Positions 25,397-36,005 of a stretch of DNA of 64,000 bases are shown in pieces. Numbering within the stretch: position 1 is the stretch's first letter; every line of letters begins with the position of its first letter. A program made the translations under genes and the position numbers. This DNA comes from Spirochaetota bacterium. Lineage in GTDB: Bacteria > Spirochaetota > Leptospiria > Leptospirales > Leptospiraceae. The notes under the pieces are model-generated. The model saw nothing but the letters and a program-made list of their open reading frames with translations. It had not been told where the DNA came from and ran no database searches. The stretch is taken from assembly GCA_052033835.1 (NCBI GenBank), contig JBPOJG010000025.1, forward strand, positions 1,763 through 65,762, given 5' to 3'.

Positions 25397-28300
25397 ATGA
25401 TTCAGCTGCCTGGATACGATTTTCTGGAGAAAGTATATGAGGGTGAACGGAATGTAATATATAAAGCAGTAAAAAATAATAATAAAATAATTATAAAAAC
25501 ATCAAAATACAGTTATCCAAAACTTGCTGAAATCAGAAGACTGGTTCACGAATATGAAATGATCAGCAGGTTCAGTTCTCAATGGATTATAAGACCTGTT
25601 GAACTGATTGATTTTCAGAATAAACCGTATTTGGCAATGGAGGACATTGAGGGGACTTCACTCGATACGCTGATTCAGGGGCAGGGTCTGCAGCTGAATC
25701 TGTTTCTGGATCTGGCCGTAAAAATTGTAACTGCAGTTTCTGAAATTCACAAAAATAATATTATTCACAAAGATATAAAACCTCAGAATATTATCTACAA
25801 CGCAGTGAGCGGTGAACTTAATATTATCGATTTTGAAAATGCGGCATACTTTCAGACGGAGGAAGCTGATCCGTCAACGGATGAATTCTTTGAAGGCAGT
25901 ATTGCATATATGTCTCCGGAACAGTCGGGGAGGATGAACCGTAGTGCTGATTACAGATCCGATTATTATTCTCTTGGAGTGACATTCTATCAGCTTCTGA
26001 CTTCCGAGCTCCCTTTTCTGACAGATGATACGATGAAGGTATTTCACGCTCACCTTGCTCAAATGCCGGAATCACCCAGCAGAAAGAATCAGACTCCGGA
26101 AATTATATCCGATATTATAATGAAACTTATGGAAAAGAATCCTGAAAGCAGATATCAGAGTTCGTACGGAATACTTCAGGATCTGAAAAAATGCAGGCAG
26201 GCAGTAAATGAGCTTGGTGAAGAGGGTTTTAAGTCATTTTATTTTCCAGTAGCCCTGTCTGACGGTTTTTCCGAACTTCGTATATCAAAAAGACTGTACG
26301 GCAGAGAAAAGGAAACTGAAAGTCTTCTGAATGCTTTCAAGTCCGTTCACGAAACGGGCAGTATCCATTTAACTTTACTTTCCGGTTATTCAGGTATTGG
26401 TAAATCTGCACTCGCAATGGAACTGCAGAGATCAGTCGTCTCTGCCGGCGGATATTTTCTTTCAGGAAAATTTGATCAGTTGAATTCAAATAAGCCTTTT
26501 TATGCAGTCATCCAAGTTTTTTCAAGGCTGATTACTCAGCTTTTGGGGGAAAACAAAGAAACATCTGCTGAGTTTAAAGACCGAATCCTTTCCGCACTTG
26601 GCAAGAATGGACGGCTTCTTACAGATTTGATTCCAGAGCTTGAAGTCATTGTCGGAAAGCAGCCTGATGTATTTGAAGTCAGTTCACAGGAGAATGCCAA
26701 TAGATTCAATATACTTTTTATAAATTTCCTTAAAGTATTTACGCAGAAAGAAAATCCGGTTACAATTTTTCTGGATGATATGCAGTGGGCAGACAGTTCT
26801 TCACTTGGGCTCATTCTGAATATTCTTCAGGAGCCTTCACTGAAATGGTTCTGCCTTATCCTTGCATACCGAAAAAACGAAGTTCCTGAAAACCATCCTT
26901 TTCATAAGATGATTCAGAAATTGAAACTGGATGAGACTAAAATTTCGAAAATAGATCTTCTCTCCCTTTCTGTAAATAACATCAGTGAGATGCTCTGTGA
27001 TACATTTCACCTTCCCTTAGATGAGGTCAAGTCTCTGGCTGAACTGCTTTATAGAAAAACCGAAGGAAATCCTTTTTTTGTGCGTGAGACTTTAGTAAAA
27101 CTGTATAATGAGAAATTATTAGTTTTTGATTCAGAGAAAGGGAAATGGTTCTGGGATATCGGGAATATTCAAAATATTCAGTTTGCTGAAAATGTGATCG
27201 ATCTTCTTGTAAAAAAAATCAAAAGTTTTACTGCCGAAACGATTGATGTTTTGAGGCTGGCTTCGTGCATTGGGAACAGGTTCGATCTTAAAACTGTCAG
27301 TATTATCAGTGAAACTGATTATAAAAAAATATTAAAATATATTGAACCTGCAATTCAGGAAGAATTAATCGTATCCAGTGAGAATCTTGAGAAAGGTTTT
27401 TTCCAGTTTCAGCATGATAAAGTACAGCAGGCCTGCCAGGAACAGATAAAGGAGGAGGAACGTGCTCATATTCGTCTGAAGATTGGGAAACTCCTGCTGA
27501 AGTCCCTTTCTTCGGAAGAGAAACATAATCGAATATTCGAAATTACAGAACATCTGAATGCAGGAAGTCATTTAATTTCTGATGAGAATGAAAAAGTCAG
27601 TCTGATTGAAATGAATCTTTCAGCTGCCGAAAGAGCAAAACATTCGGCGGCATACGCAGCCTCTCTGCTTTATCTGAGAAAAGCTAAGGAGCTTTTTTTT
27701 GACAGTCTCTGGGAAAGGAATTTCTATCTTTCATACAGGCTTTTTAAGGAACAGGCAGAAGCAGAACATTTGAACGGTAATTTTGAAAACTCGGTAGATT
27801 TGATTGAATATGCTGAACAGAAATGTGTAAAAAATACCGATAAGGGCAGTCTGTTAAACCTCCTGATTATAATATATTCAGTACAGGGTAAATTTGATAA
27901 ATCATATAAAATAATTATAAAAATATTATCTTTATTCAATATAGAAATAGAAGGGAGGGATTCCAGTGAAATTTTTTCGGAAGAAGTAAGTGAGATCAGA
28001 TCTGCGATGGGAGAAAGAAGTTTTGCTTCACTGGATTCTCTGCCGCTGATCAGCAGTCCGGAACAGGAGCTGATTGCCCGGACTCTTGCAAATGCAACAG
28101 CCACGTCCTACCAGTACGCAACTCATTTATTTCCGATCCTGGGAGCAAAACTTGTCAATATATATCTGAAATACGGAAATATGAAAGATTCATACGGATA
28201 TGCCTTATACGGTATTATGCTGAATGCATCTTTTTCAGATTATAAAAGAGCTTATGAGTGTTTTGAACTGACTTACAGATTGAGTGAAAAATACAGTAAT

Positions 28301-31036
28301 ATTTCAGCGAAAGCCAAAGCAGCAAATCTGCTTGCAAATTACGGATCTCCTTTCCTTAAACCTCTTAAGGATTCGGAACGGATCAATCGGGAATGTATAG
28401 AGGCAGGACTGGAATCCGGGGAGTTTGAGCATGGAGGTTATGGGATAGGAAATGATCTGGTAAATTCTTTTTTTCAGGGAATGCATCTAGGTGCAATTCG
28501 TCTTAAAGTCAATGAACTGAGACCGGTTGCAGGAAAATTTAAACATTCCATTGCTCTAGGTATTGTTTCCGGAACAGAACTGATTCTTGCATATCTTGCT
28601 GAAACTGATCTGAAAAAAGAAAGTCGGGATGAAGAAGATTTTCTGAAATTATTCGGATCAGATAACGGCAGTTATCCTCTGGCAATGTATAGGATAATGA
28701 AAGAATATTCTAATTTCATTCTCGACAGGGCAGATATATGCTGCAGAGAGTCTGCGGAAACAGGCAGTCTTCTTCAGTATGTGACTGGCACATATTTGGC
28801 AGTGGAGCATACATTTATTCATTCACTCTCCTTAGCTGGGCAGTTTGAAGTATTCTCTGAAAAAGAAAAGCGGACAGCATCCGAAAAAATTTCAGAGAAC
28901 ATCCTGCTTCTTAAAAATTGGTCAGATACCTGTCCTGAAAATTTTCTGAATCAGTATCTGCTGGTTTTGGCTGAACAGTTTCGGATACAGGGTGATTTCT
29001 GGAATGCTATGATTTATTACGATAAATCGGCCGCTGAGGCAAATATGAATGGGTTTCTTCAGAATGAAGCTCTCGCAAATGAGCTGGCGGGAAAAATGTT
29101 CTTAGTTCAGGGCAAGACTGAATTTGCTCGTCCGTATCTGATGAAATCGTACCAGATATATGAAACTTGGGGAGCCGGTTTTAAGTGCGAGAAATTGAAA
29201 GAAAAATATCCCAATATATTTCGGAGTGAACTGAAGGCATCAGCACAGTATATGGATATGAATGATGATTCTGTTTTTAACAGAACGCTCAGATATATTT
29301 CCAGCCGACTGAATGAAAAACTGGATCTTCAGACCGTGATAAGGACGACTCACATTCTTTCTGAGGAAATTGATTTTGACAGACTGATTGTTAAAATTAT
29401 GAACAGTCTTCTGGAAAACTCCGGTGCTGACAGAGGTGTTTTTATTGCAGTAGAAGAGGATAGAAGAACCGGTGAAGAGCAGCTTCTGATCGAGGCTGAC
29501 TGCAGAGTGGAAAGAAGCGGTTTAAATATCCGTCGAAAGAAAAAACTGGCAGATTCAGATATTCCGCTATCGATAGTCAATAATGTGTACAGAACCGGAA
29601 AGATGCTTGTCTTGGAAAATGCTTCAATGTCGGAAGATTTCCTGAATGATTCCTACATTCAAAGAAACGGTACTAAATCCATTCTTTGTTTTCCTGTGGA
29701 AAATCAGAATAAGCTTCTTGGCATTATTTATCTGGAAAACAGTCTTGCTACTCATATTTTTTCTGAAAGCAGAGTTGACATTCTGAATATACTTTCCCTT
29801 CAGATTGCAATATCCCTTCAGAATGCTAAATTCATTATAGATCTTGAGGAGGCCAGAAAAAAGGCAGAGGAGGCCAGCGCGGTAAAATCGGATTTTCTTG
29901 CAAATATGAGTCATGAAATTAAGACTCCGATGAACGGCATTCTGGGGATGAAATCTCTTATGGAAATGACTGCTCTGACAGAAGAACAGAAAGAATATCT
30001 TAGAGTGATAGGTGTATGTTCAGAGAGTCTTCTTATAATTATAAATGATATACTGAATATTTCAAGACTTGAATCTGGAAGTATTTCACTGGAAGAAGCT
30101 CCATTCGATTTATTCAAATCAACTGCTGATGCGGCAAAAATTGTACAAAGTGAGATTCGCCAGAAAAAACTGTACTTAAACTATTCTATCGATAAGAATT
30201 TACCTCAGTTCATAGTAGGGGATGAATCCAGGCTCCGGCAGATTCTGCTGAATCTGCTGAACAATGCTGTAAAATTCACAAACGAGGGTGGGATTGATTT
30301 CAGTATAAAGCTGAAGCAGAAAACCAAGAACGTGTATTCCATTGAATTTTCAATAAGGGATACAGGAATTGGAATAGTAGAGGAAAAACTTTCAAAAATC
30401 TTTGATCCGTTTACTCAGGCAGACAATTCTATTTCCAGAAAATTCGGGGGAACCGGTCTTGGTCTGTCAATTTCCAGAAAATTGGCTGAACTTCTGGGCG
30501 GTACAGTCAGTGCTGAATCAGTCTTCGGTGTCGGAAGTACTTTCACTCTGAGGCTGAATGTCGTGGAATATGAGTTTTCTGAAAAAATGAAGATTGAAAA
30601 TTCTGATACAGCTCAGTCAGAACGTATAAAAGAGAATTATCCTTCCATACTTCTTATTGAAGAAAATATTATTGATCAAAACTTAATTATAAAACTTCTA
30701 AAAAATATAGGATATAGAATTAAGAATGCAGTTCAGACTCATACTGAGGCAGTAAGTCTTTTTTCTGTTCAGAATTATGATCTGGTCCTGCTGGATATTG
30801 AAGATTTTCGGATTAGCGGCAGTGTTGCAGAGACAGTAAGATTATTTCAAGAAGGTTTCAAGGATAAGAATATCCCTTTCATCATTGCTTTAGCCAAGGA
30901 CAATATGTCAGCTGAAGAAAAAGATCTGTATATAAAATCCGGTATCAGCGATTATATAAGTAAGCCGATTGACATAAATGAGATGAAGCACAAGATACTG
31001 TATTGGGTATCTTCAATTAAAAAACTGAAAGGTTAA
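25397..31036 (+). CDS. Giant signalling protein: Ser/Thr kinase, AAA(STAND-like) ATPase, TPR-like helical region, GAF, histidine kinase, receiver
   Basis: HKDIKPQNIIY and SPEQSGRMNR (kinase). LLSGYSGIGKSALAMEL and IFLDDMQWADSSS (P-loop, Walker B). A GAF region. SHEIKTPMNGILGM (H-box). GGTGLGLSISRKLAELLGG (G2). C-terminal receiver ILLIEEN...LVLLDIE. Confidence 0.9.
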   Translation: MIQLPGYDFLEKVYEGERNVIYKAVKNNNKIIIKTSKYSYPKLAEIRRLVHEYEMISRFSSQWIIRPVELIDFQNKPYLAMEDIEGTSLDTLIQGQGLQLNLFLDLAVKIVTAVSEIHKNNIIHKDIKPQNIIYNAVSGELNIIDFENAAYFQTEEADPSTDEFFEGSIAYMSPEQSGRMNRSADYRSDYYSLGVTFYQLLTSELPFLTDDTMKVFHAHLAQMPESPSRKNQTPEIISDIIMKLMEKNPESRYQSSYGILQDLKKCRQAVNELGEEGFKSFYFPVALSDGFSELRISKRLYGREKETESLLNAFKSVHETGSIHLTLLSGYSGIGKSALAMELQRSVVSAGGYFLSGKFDQLNSNKPFYAVIQVFSRLITQLLGENKETSAEFKDRILSALGKNGRLLTDLIPELEVIVGKQPDVFEVSSQENANRFNILFINFLKVFTQKENPVTIFLDDMQWADSSSLGLILNILQEPSLKWFCLILAYRKNEVPENHPFHKMIQKLKLDETKISKIDLLSLSVNNISEMLCDTFHLPLDEVKSLAELLYRKTEGNPFFVRETLVKLYNEKLLVFDSEKGKWFWDIGNIQNIQFAENVIDLLVKKIKSFTAETIDVLRLASCIGNRFDLKTVSIISETDYKKILKYIEPAIQEELIVSSENLEKGFFQFQHDKVQQACQEQIKEEERAHIRLKIGKLLLKSLSSEEKHNRIFEITEHLNAGSHLISDENEKVSLIEMNLSAAERAKHSAAYAASLLYLRKAKELFFDSLWERNFYLSYRLFKEQAEAEHLNGNFENSVDLIEYAEQKCVKNTDKGSLLNLLIIIYSVQGKFDKSYKIIIKILSLFNIEIEGRDSSEIFSEEVSEIRSAMGERSFASLDSLPLISSPEQELIARTLANATATSYQYATHLFPILGAKLVNIYLKYGNMKDSYGYALYGIMLNASFSDYKRAYECFELTYRLSEKYSNISAKAKAANLLANYGSPFLKPLKDSERINRECIEAGLESGEFEHGGYGIGNDLVNSFFQGMHLGAIRLKVNELRPVAGKFKHSIALGIVSGTELILAYLAETDLKKESRDEEDFLKLFGSDNGSYPLAMYRIMKEYSNFILDRADICCRESAETGSLLQYVTGTYLAVEHTFIHSLSLAGQFEVFSEKEKRTASEKISENILLLKNWSDTCPENFLNQYLLVLAEQFRIQGDFWNAMIYYDKSAAEANMNGFLQNEALANELAGKMFLVQGKTEFARPYLMKSYQIYETWGAGFKCEKLKEKYPNIFRSELKASAQYMDMNDDSVFNRTLRYISSRLNEKLDLQTVIRTTHILSEEIDFDRLIVKIMNSLLENSGADRGVFIAVEEDRRTGEEQLLIEADCRVERSGLNIRRKKKLADSDIPLSIVNNVYRTGKMLVLENASMSEDFLNDSYIQRNGTKSILCFPVENQNKLLGIIYLENSLATHIFSESRVDILNILSLQIAISLQNAKFIIDLEEARKKAEEASAVKSDFLANMSHEIKTPMNGILGMKSLMEMTALTEEQKEYLRVIGVCSESLLIIINDILNISRLESGSISLEEAPFDLFKSTADAAKIVQSEIRQKKLYLNYSIDKNLPQFIVGDESRLRQILLNLLNNAVKFTNEGGIDFSIKLKQKTKNVYSIEFSIRDTGIGIVEEKLSKIFDPFTQADNSISRKFGGTGLGLSISRKLAELLGGTVSAESVFGVGSTFTLRLNVVEYEFSEKMKIENSDTAQSERIKENYPSILLIEENIIDQNLIIKLLKNIGYRIKNAVQTHTEAVSLFSVQNYDLVLLDIEDFRISGSVAETVRLFQEGFKDKNIPFIIALAKDNMSAEEKDLYIKSGISDYISKPIDINEMKHKILYWVSSIKKLKG

Positions 31037-31062
31037 TATTTTTTAATCAAAAGGATTACCGT

Positions 31063-31647
31063 ATGAATGTAGATGAGTTTTGGAGTCTGATAAAAACTGC
31101 CAGAGAGACCAAAAAAACAGATGCATCTGTTTTGAGCTTTCTCAAGAAAGAAATGTCTGGAAGATCGGAAAGAGAGATTGGAGAATTCAGTTCTATATAT
31201 GATCATTATGTAAGAATTGCAGAAAGGGCACCTGCAGCATTTCTGATTTATGAGATCTCGGGAAGCAGAACGAGTTTAATTAAGGAAGGCAGGGGTTATT
31301 CTTTTCTTACTGGAGACAGTTTCTTTTATTTCTGCTTTTGGCTTGTATCCCTGGGAAAAGAACTGTTTTTCTCCATAATGGGGAATCCGGATATTCTTAC
31401 AGAAGTCGTAAAAAAGAATCAGTTTAAGAATCATGAGAGTTTTCTTTACATTGCAAGTGATGCCTATCAGAAGAAAACCGGTTCAATGGACGGATATGAA
31501 CAGATCGCAGATGCAGATTATAATATAAAGTATGATGATAAAAAAATTAAACATATTACGCTTCCTAAAGATTGGAAAAAGATTCCTGAAAAATGCCCTA
31601 AACTTTCTAAAATGTTCAAATACTCATCTCCGGAGGAACTCTTCTGA
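31063..31647 (+). CDS. Hypothetical protein (DUF4240-like N-terminus)
   Basis: 194 aa. MNVDEFWSLIKTARE... resembles the DUF4240 start. Lies 26 nt after the giant kinase gene. Confidence 0.5.
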   Translation: MNVDEFWSLIKTARETKKTDASVLSFLKKEMSGRSEREIGEFSSIYDHYVRIAERAPAAFLIYEISGSRTSLIKEGRGYSFLTGDSFFYFCFWLVSLGKELFFSIMGNPDILTEVVKKNQFKNHESFLYIASDAYQKKTGSMDGYEQIADADYNIKYDDKKIKHITLPKDWKKIPEKCPKLSKMFKYSSPEELF

Positions 31648-31796
31648 CCGATAGTAATCTGCCATTTTGAAAAATTTATGTACCGCTTCTGGCTGGAAAA
31701 TTCAATTTGGCATTCTCTGGAGGGAAAGAATACACTGACAGCTCTTCAGGAGGAATATATAAATCATTATAAAAAAATTAAAAGTGAATAATTTAT

Positions 31797-31985
31797 AACC
31801 CATGTTTCCGGCAGCGGAGCGCCGTAAGCCGCTGCTCTTCAGTCTATAGAAATCGAAAAGGTTTATCGGCAGCAGCTTCCAAGTTTGCGGGAGTCTACCT
31901 GATTTCAAAAACTTGGCAGCTGATTTCAAAAACTTGGCGGCTGATTTCAAAAACTTGGCGGCTGTCCTCCAAATATTGGCCAGCG
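31797..31985. repeat. Modular intergenic repeat, copy 6 (D-like, B, and 21-nt tandem array)
   Basis: aacccatgtttccggcagcgg..., then ggcagcagcttccaagtttgcg, then the tandem units. Confidence 0.85.
31900..31962. repeat. Tandem repeat, 3 x 21 nt (tgatttcaaaaacttggc[a/g]gc), plus a degenerate 4th unit
   Basis: Three head-to-tail units at 31900, 31921 and 31942. The unit contains aaacttgg, the reverse of the module B core. Confidence 0.9.
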
Positions 31986-32162
31986 AACATTATCGGCTGA
32001 TAGAGTCTGGAAAGTAATTTCAGAAATTCACTGCAGAAGTTTCAGAGAAATAATTTATTCAACACTCTTTTGTTAGGAGAAAGTCCCTATTTATGTTGTT
32101 TTTTTGCTCAGACTCAAAAGCTTGTTGCAAAAAAAGAAACTGCATTTTGTCTGTAATCTGCA

Positions 32163-35100
32163 ATGAAGTTCTGGATATTATATTTTTTCATATTTCCTTT
32201 TTTTGTCATCTATCATTGCAAAAATCACAGTTCGACAATCCATCCAAAAGCGGTTCAGGGAGTTCTGGATCTTCGTTCCGTTCGAGATACCTCTTCTGTG
32301 AATCCGGAGAAAGTATCCAGGGAATGGAATTTTGAGACGGACGGAACTGTCAGGCTGGATGGGGATTGGGAATTTTACTGGGAGCAGTTTCTGATTCCTT
32401 CAGAAAAGTCTGCTTTGCCTGCTTACGACTATATCCCTGTACCTCATTCTTGGAACGGACATTCGGTAAAATCGCCGGACGGCAGTCAGAAAATTATTGA
32501 AGGTCTGGGATATGCCACATACCGTATGAAAGTCCTTCTTCCGGAAAATTCTGCCGGCGAAATTCTAGCCTTGAGCAGTAAATATCAGGGGACTGCTTAC
32601 CGTATATTTGCCAATTCAAAACTGATTCAGTCAGCAGGAAAGGTCAGTTCTGATATGGAAAGTGCAGAAGCACTTCATCTGCCGACACTTGGATATATTC
32701 CTGTTCAGGGAAAAGAACTGGATATTGTCATTCATATATCAAATTATCACAACCGTCTCGGCGGTGTCTGGAACTCACTGTATCTTGGCAAGGTTTCTCA
32801 TATTTCGGCAATGGTCTCTGAAAGAAGAGAAACTGATTTTTTCAGCGTTGGAATTATATTCATAATGTCTTTGTATCATTTTTTGATATGGTATATCCGT
32901 AAGAAAACTGTTTCGCCGCTTCTCTTTGCTGTTTTATGTTTGATAGTTCTTATCCGTCTTCTGACTACAAGTGAGTATCTTCTTATTGAGTGGATGCCGT
33001 ATCTGGGATATAAAGTGTTTTCTTTTATTGAATACTGTTCCATGTATTTCTGTGTGCCTGTCGGAATACATTATTTCAGCAGAATATTTCCGAACCGTTT
33101 CAACCGACCTGTTCTGACAGTCACATATCCGCTTTCAATTCTGTTTGCAGTTTTTGCATTATTTACTCCAGTAAGAATTTTTTCGAGGACTGCTGAAATT
33201 TATCAGATTGTACTGCTCGCAGGGGTAATATATCTTGCCTGGCTGCTGGTTAATTCAGTCAGAAATAAATTGGAATATTCCGTGTTCTCTCTTTCCGGTT
33301 TTCTGATCCTTTCAATGACTATGGTAAACGATATTATGTATGCGAGAGAATTGATCAGCACAGGATTTTATGCACCGTTTGGACTTCTTGCTCTGATATT
33401 CAGTCAGGCAGTCATTCTTTCTCTTCGGTTTTCAAAGGCATTTACTCAGGTTGAGGAGCTGACCGGAACTCTTGAGCAGAAAGTGGAGGAAAGAACGTCT
33501 GAGCTGAATCAGTCAAAGAAAGAGATCGAGGCACTGAACAATTTTTCCAAGATTGTAAATTCATTTTCGGATCTGAATCAGATATTTGTGGAGATATCTA
33601 AATATGTATATAAAAGATATAATATAGCTGCAGTATGGCTTTTTCTTCCTGATGAGAAAGAAGCTTTTCTGCATACTTTCAAGGTTTACAGTCACAACAA
33701 GATGCCGGAGGGAGCCTATCAGTATATGAAATCGCTTCAGATTCCTCTGAATGAAGAAGGGGGCAATTCATATTCAGTCTGGAAAAGAAAGAAACCTTTT
33801 TATCTGAGACGGATACCTGAGCTGAAATCGGAAATAGACAGGGCGTTTGTAGAGAAGGCAGGTTCCATTTCTCTGCTGCAGGTTCCTCTTCTGATGAAAC
33901 AGAGAACAGTAGGACTGATGGCATTTTCAAATATCGGATCTCCTATGTATCTCAATAAACCTGATATTCAGAATATCAGCGGGTTCTGTGCTCAGATCGC
34001 AGGTGTGGTGAATACAGCAAATCTGCTTCAGCAGACGGCGAGACAGAAAAAGGAAACCGAAGAGCAGAAGAAATATATTGAAGAACTGAGCATACTTGTA
34101 AAGAGTCTGAATGAAAATCTTGATATACAGATTATAATGAAAAAACTGCACGAGTATCTGAAGCAGCATTTTGGAATTCAGCATTACGGTCTGTCCGGAG
34201 TGAATTCTGACAGAACAAAGATTAATACTGTAGACTGTTCTCTGCCTGATTCTGTTTCTGCTGAAGACAGGGAAAAGGTTCTCAAAATGCAGTCTTCAAT
34301 TGATACAGGGGCTCATTCAATTGCTTTCCGGTCAAAAAAAGTTCTTTATTCAAAAATAAGAAAATCTGTATTAAATGCAGAAGAACTGTTTCTAGTGGAA
34401 ATGATAAAGGCTGAGAATATAATGATTTTACCATTAATTCTTCAGAATGAGCCGATCGGCTTTCTTGAACTGTTCAATTCAGGCAGACTCAGTCTGAGAA
34501 AGGATGATATCATTCAGCTTTCCATTTTAGGAGAACAGCTTGCTGGGATTATCTGCAGTTCAAATCTTTTCAAGCAGGTCCAGGAGGAAAAAAAGAAAGC
34601 GGAGACAGAGAAAGGGATTGCAGTGGCTGCTCAATGTGAAGCTGAACAGGAAAGAAAGAAATCAGACAAACTCCTTCTGAACATTCTTCCGGAAAAAGTT
34701 GCAGAGGAACTGAAGGAGAAAGGGATTACTGAACCTGTAGTATATGAATCTGCCACTGTGCTCTTTACTGATTTTAAGGGCTTTACGAACATTGCTGAAA
34801 AAATGCACCCTCATCTTCTGATAAAGGAACTCGATGAATGTTTTTCCCAGTTTGACAGAATTATCGAAAAATACGGTCTGGAAAAACTGAAGACAATAGG
34901 GGACAGTTATATGTGTGCCGGCGGCCTGCCGAGAGTCAACGAAACTCATGCTGTCGATTCCTGTCTTGCAGCATTGGAAATTCTGCTTTTTATGAATGCA
35001 CTCATTGATGCAAAAAAAGTCAGAGAACTTCCGTATTGGGAACTTCGAATTGGAATTCATTCAGGATCTGTGATCGCAGGAGTGATTGGGGAAAAGAAAT

Positions 35101-35408
35101 TTGCATATGATGTCTGGGGTGATACAGTCAATACGGCGAGCAGAATGGAATCGAGCGGCACCTCAGGCAAAATCAATATCAGTTTTTCCACATATACACT
35201 TGTTCAGGAGTTTTTTGAATGCGAATACAGGGGCGAGGTGGATGCGAAGAATAAAGGACAGGTAAAAATGTATTATCTTCGCAGACTGAAATCTAAATAT
35301 TCCAAAGATGAAAATGGTTTTATTCCGAATGAAATATTTCTCGACCAAGTTTCCGCAGGAAAACTTACACAGATGGAAGGCCGAGAAGTTCAGAAAAATC
35401 TGCCATAA
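32163..35408 (+). CDS. 7TMR-DISM sensor adenylate/guanylate cyclase (class III) with GAF domains
   Basis: N-terminal extracellular domain, 7 TM segments, coiled coil and two GAF-like regions. Cyclase motifs: TVLFTDFKGFT, KTIGDSYMCAGGLP, RIGIHSGSVIAGVIG, WGDTVNTASRMES. Confidence 0.9.
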   Translation: MKFWILYFFIFPFFVIYHCKNHSSTIHPKAVQGVLDLRSVRDTSSVNPEKVSREWNFETDGTVRLDGDWEFYWEQFLIPSEKSALPAYDYIPVPHSWNGHSVKSPDGSQKIIEGLGYATYRMKVLLPENSAGEILALSSKYQGTAYRIFANSKLIQSAGKVSSDMESAEALHLPTLGYIPVQGKELDIVIHISNYHNRLGGVWNSLYLGKVSHISAMVSERRETDFFSVGIIFIMSLYHFLIWYIRKKTVSPLLFAVLCLIVLIRLLTTSEYLLIEWMPYLGYKVFSFIEYCSMYFCVPVGIHYFSRIFPNRFNRPVLTVTYPLSILFAVFALFTPVRIFSRTAEIYQIVLLAGVIYLAWLLVNSVRNKLEYSVFSLSGFLILSMTMVNDIMYARELISTGFYAPFGLLALIFSQAVILSLRFSKAFTQVEELTGTLEQKVEERTSELNQSKKEIEALNNFSKIVNSFSDLNQIFVEISKYVYKRYNIAAVWLFLPDEKEAFLHTFKVYSHNKMPEGAYQYMKSLQIPLNEEGGNSYSVWKRKKPFYLRRIPELKSEIDRAFVEKAGSISLLQVPLLMKQRTVGLMAFSNIGSPMYLNKPDIQNISGFCAQIAGVVNTANLLQQTARQKKETEEQKKYIEELSILVKSLNENLDIQIIMKKLHEYLKQHFGIQHYGLSGVNSDRTKINTVDCSLPDSVSAEDREKVLKMQSSIDTGAHSIAFRSKKVLYSKIRKSVLNAEELFLVEMIKAENIMILPLILQNEPIGFLELFNSGRLSLRKDDIIQLSILGEQLAGIICSSNLFKQVQEEKKKAETEKGIAVAAQCEAEQERKKSDKLLLNILPEKVAEELKEKGITEPVVYESATVLFTDFKGFTNIAEKMHPHLLIKELDECFSQFDRIIEKYGLEKLKTIGDSYMCAGGLPRVNETHAVDSCLAALEILLFMNALIDAKKVRELPYWELRIGIHSGSVIAGVIGEKKFAYDVWGDTVNTASRMESSGTSGKINISFSTYTLVQEFFECEYRGEVDAKNKGQVKMYYLRRLKSKYSKDENGFIPNEIFLDQVSAGKLTQMEGREVQKNLP

Positions 35409-35421
35409 AAAATAATGAAAA

Positions 35422-35661
35422 TCATTCCTGAGCTTTTCTGATTTCACAGATAGGTTTGACTCCCAGATAATAAAGTATGTTTGTCATTATGCAGAATCCG
35501 GTAATCGAGTATATGACAAGGTTGATTCCGACCAGAATGGGAAGAGTTATCCAGTATGGATGTACAAATACAGTGAGCAGAATTCCTATGAGATTGAATA
35601 ATCCTCCGACTAAATAAGTAACTCTTTCCAGATACCAGAATTTTTTTTCAGAAATATACAT
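35422..35661 (-). CDS. DUF2892 (YgaP-like) small membrane protein
   Basis: 79 aa with two TM segments and ITGFCIMTNILYYLG near the C-terminus. Confidence 0.65.
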   Translation of the reverse strand: MYISEKKFWYLERVTYLVGGLFNLIGILLTVFVHPYWITLPILVGINLVIYSITGFCIMTNILYYLGVKPICEIRKAQE

Positions 35662-35732
35662 TTGAAACCTTCTTTTTTGAATCTATATACCATAGTGGGT
35701 ATGGTATAAAAACTGTCAACTGAATTTTATTC

Positions 35733-35850
35733 ACTCACCTTACACACTTCGTGTTTAGGTGAGTTAAAGACGCACTGGCCTGTCGGCGGCCCTAAGGGCT
35801 CGCATACTTGGAAGCTGCTGCAAGCTAGAAAACTGCTAGATTTTCCTAAT
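35733..35850. repeat. Modular intergenic repeat, copy 7 (module A hairpin, B variant, C-like end)
   Basis: actcacct-tacacacttcgtgttt-aggtgagt, then gcatacttggaagctgctgcaagc, then tagattttcctaat. Confidence 0.8.
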
Positions 35851-36005
35851 ACGTTTATAAAATTACAGATTCCGGCAATTCTATCCTTTTTGCGTAATGT
35901 GCGATTTTATGGGAATTTTTTCATACAGGGCTGTTTTTATAGGTCGTCAGTGCCGATAGAAATTCTGCTTTACATACGGAATCTTGTCTTCGATTCTGCT
36001 CATAT

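Noticed and set aside
31702-31950. An 82-aa minus-strand ORF starting MKSAAKFLKSAAKFLKS.
   Set aside because: It is the translation of the 21-nt tandem array and adjacent repeat modules. I see no independent coding evidence.
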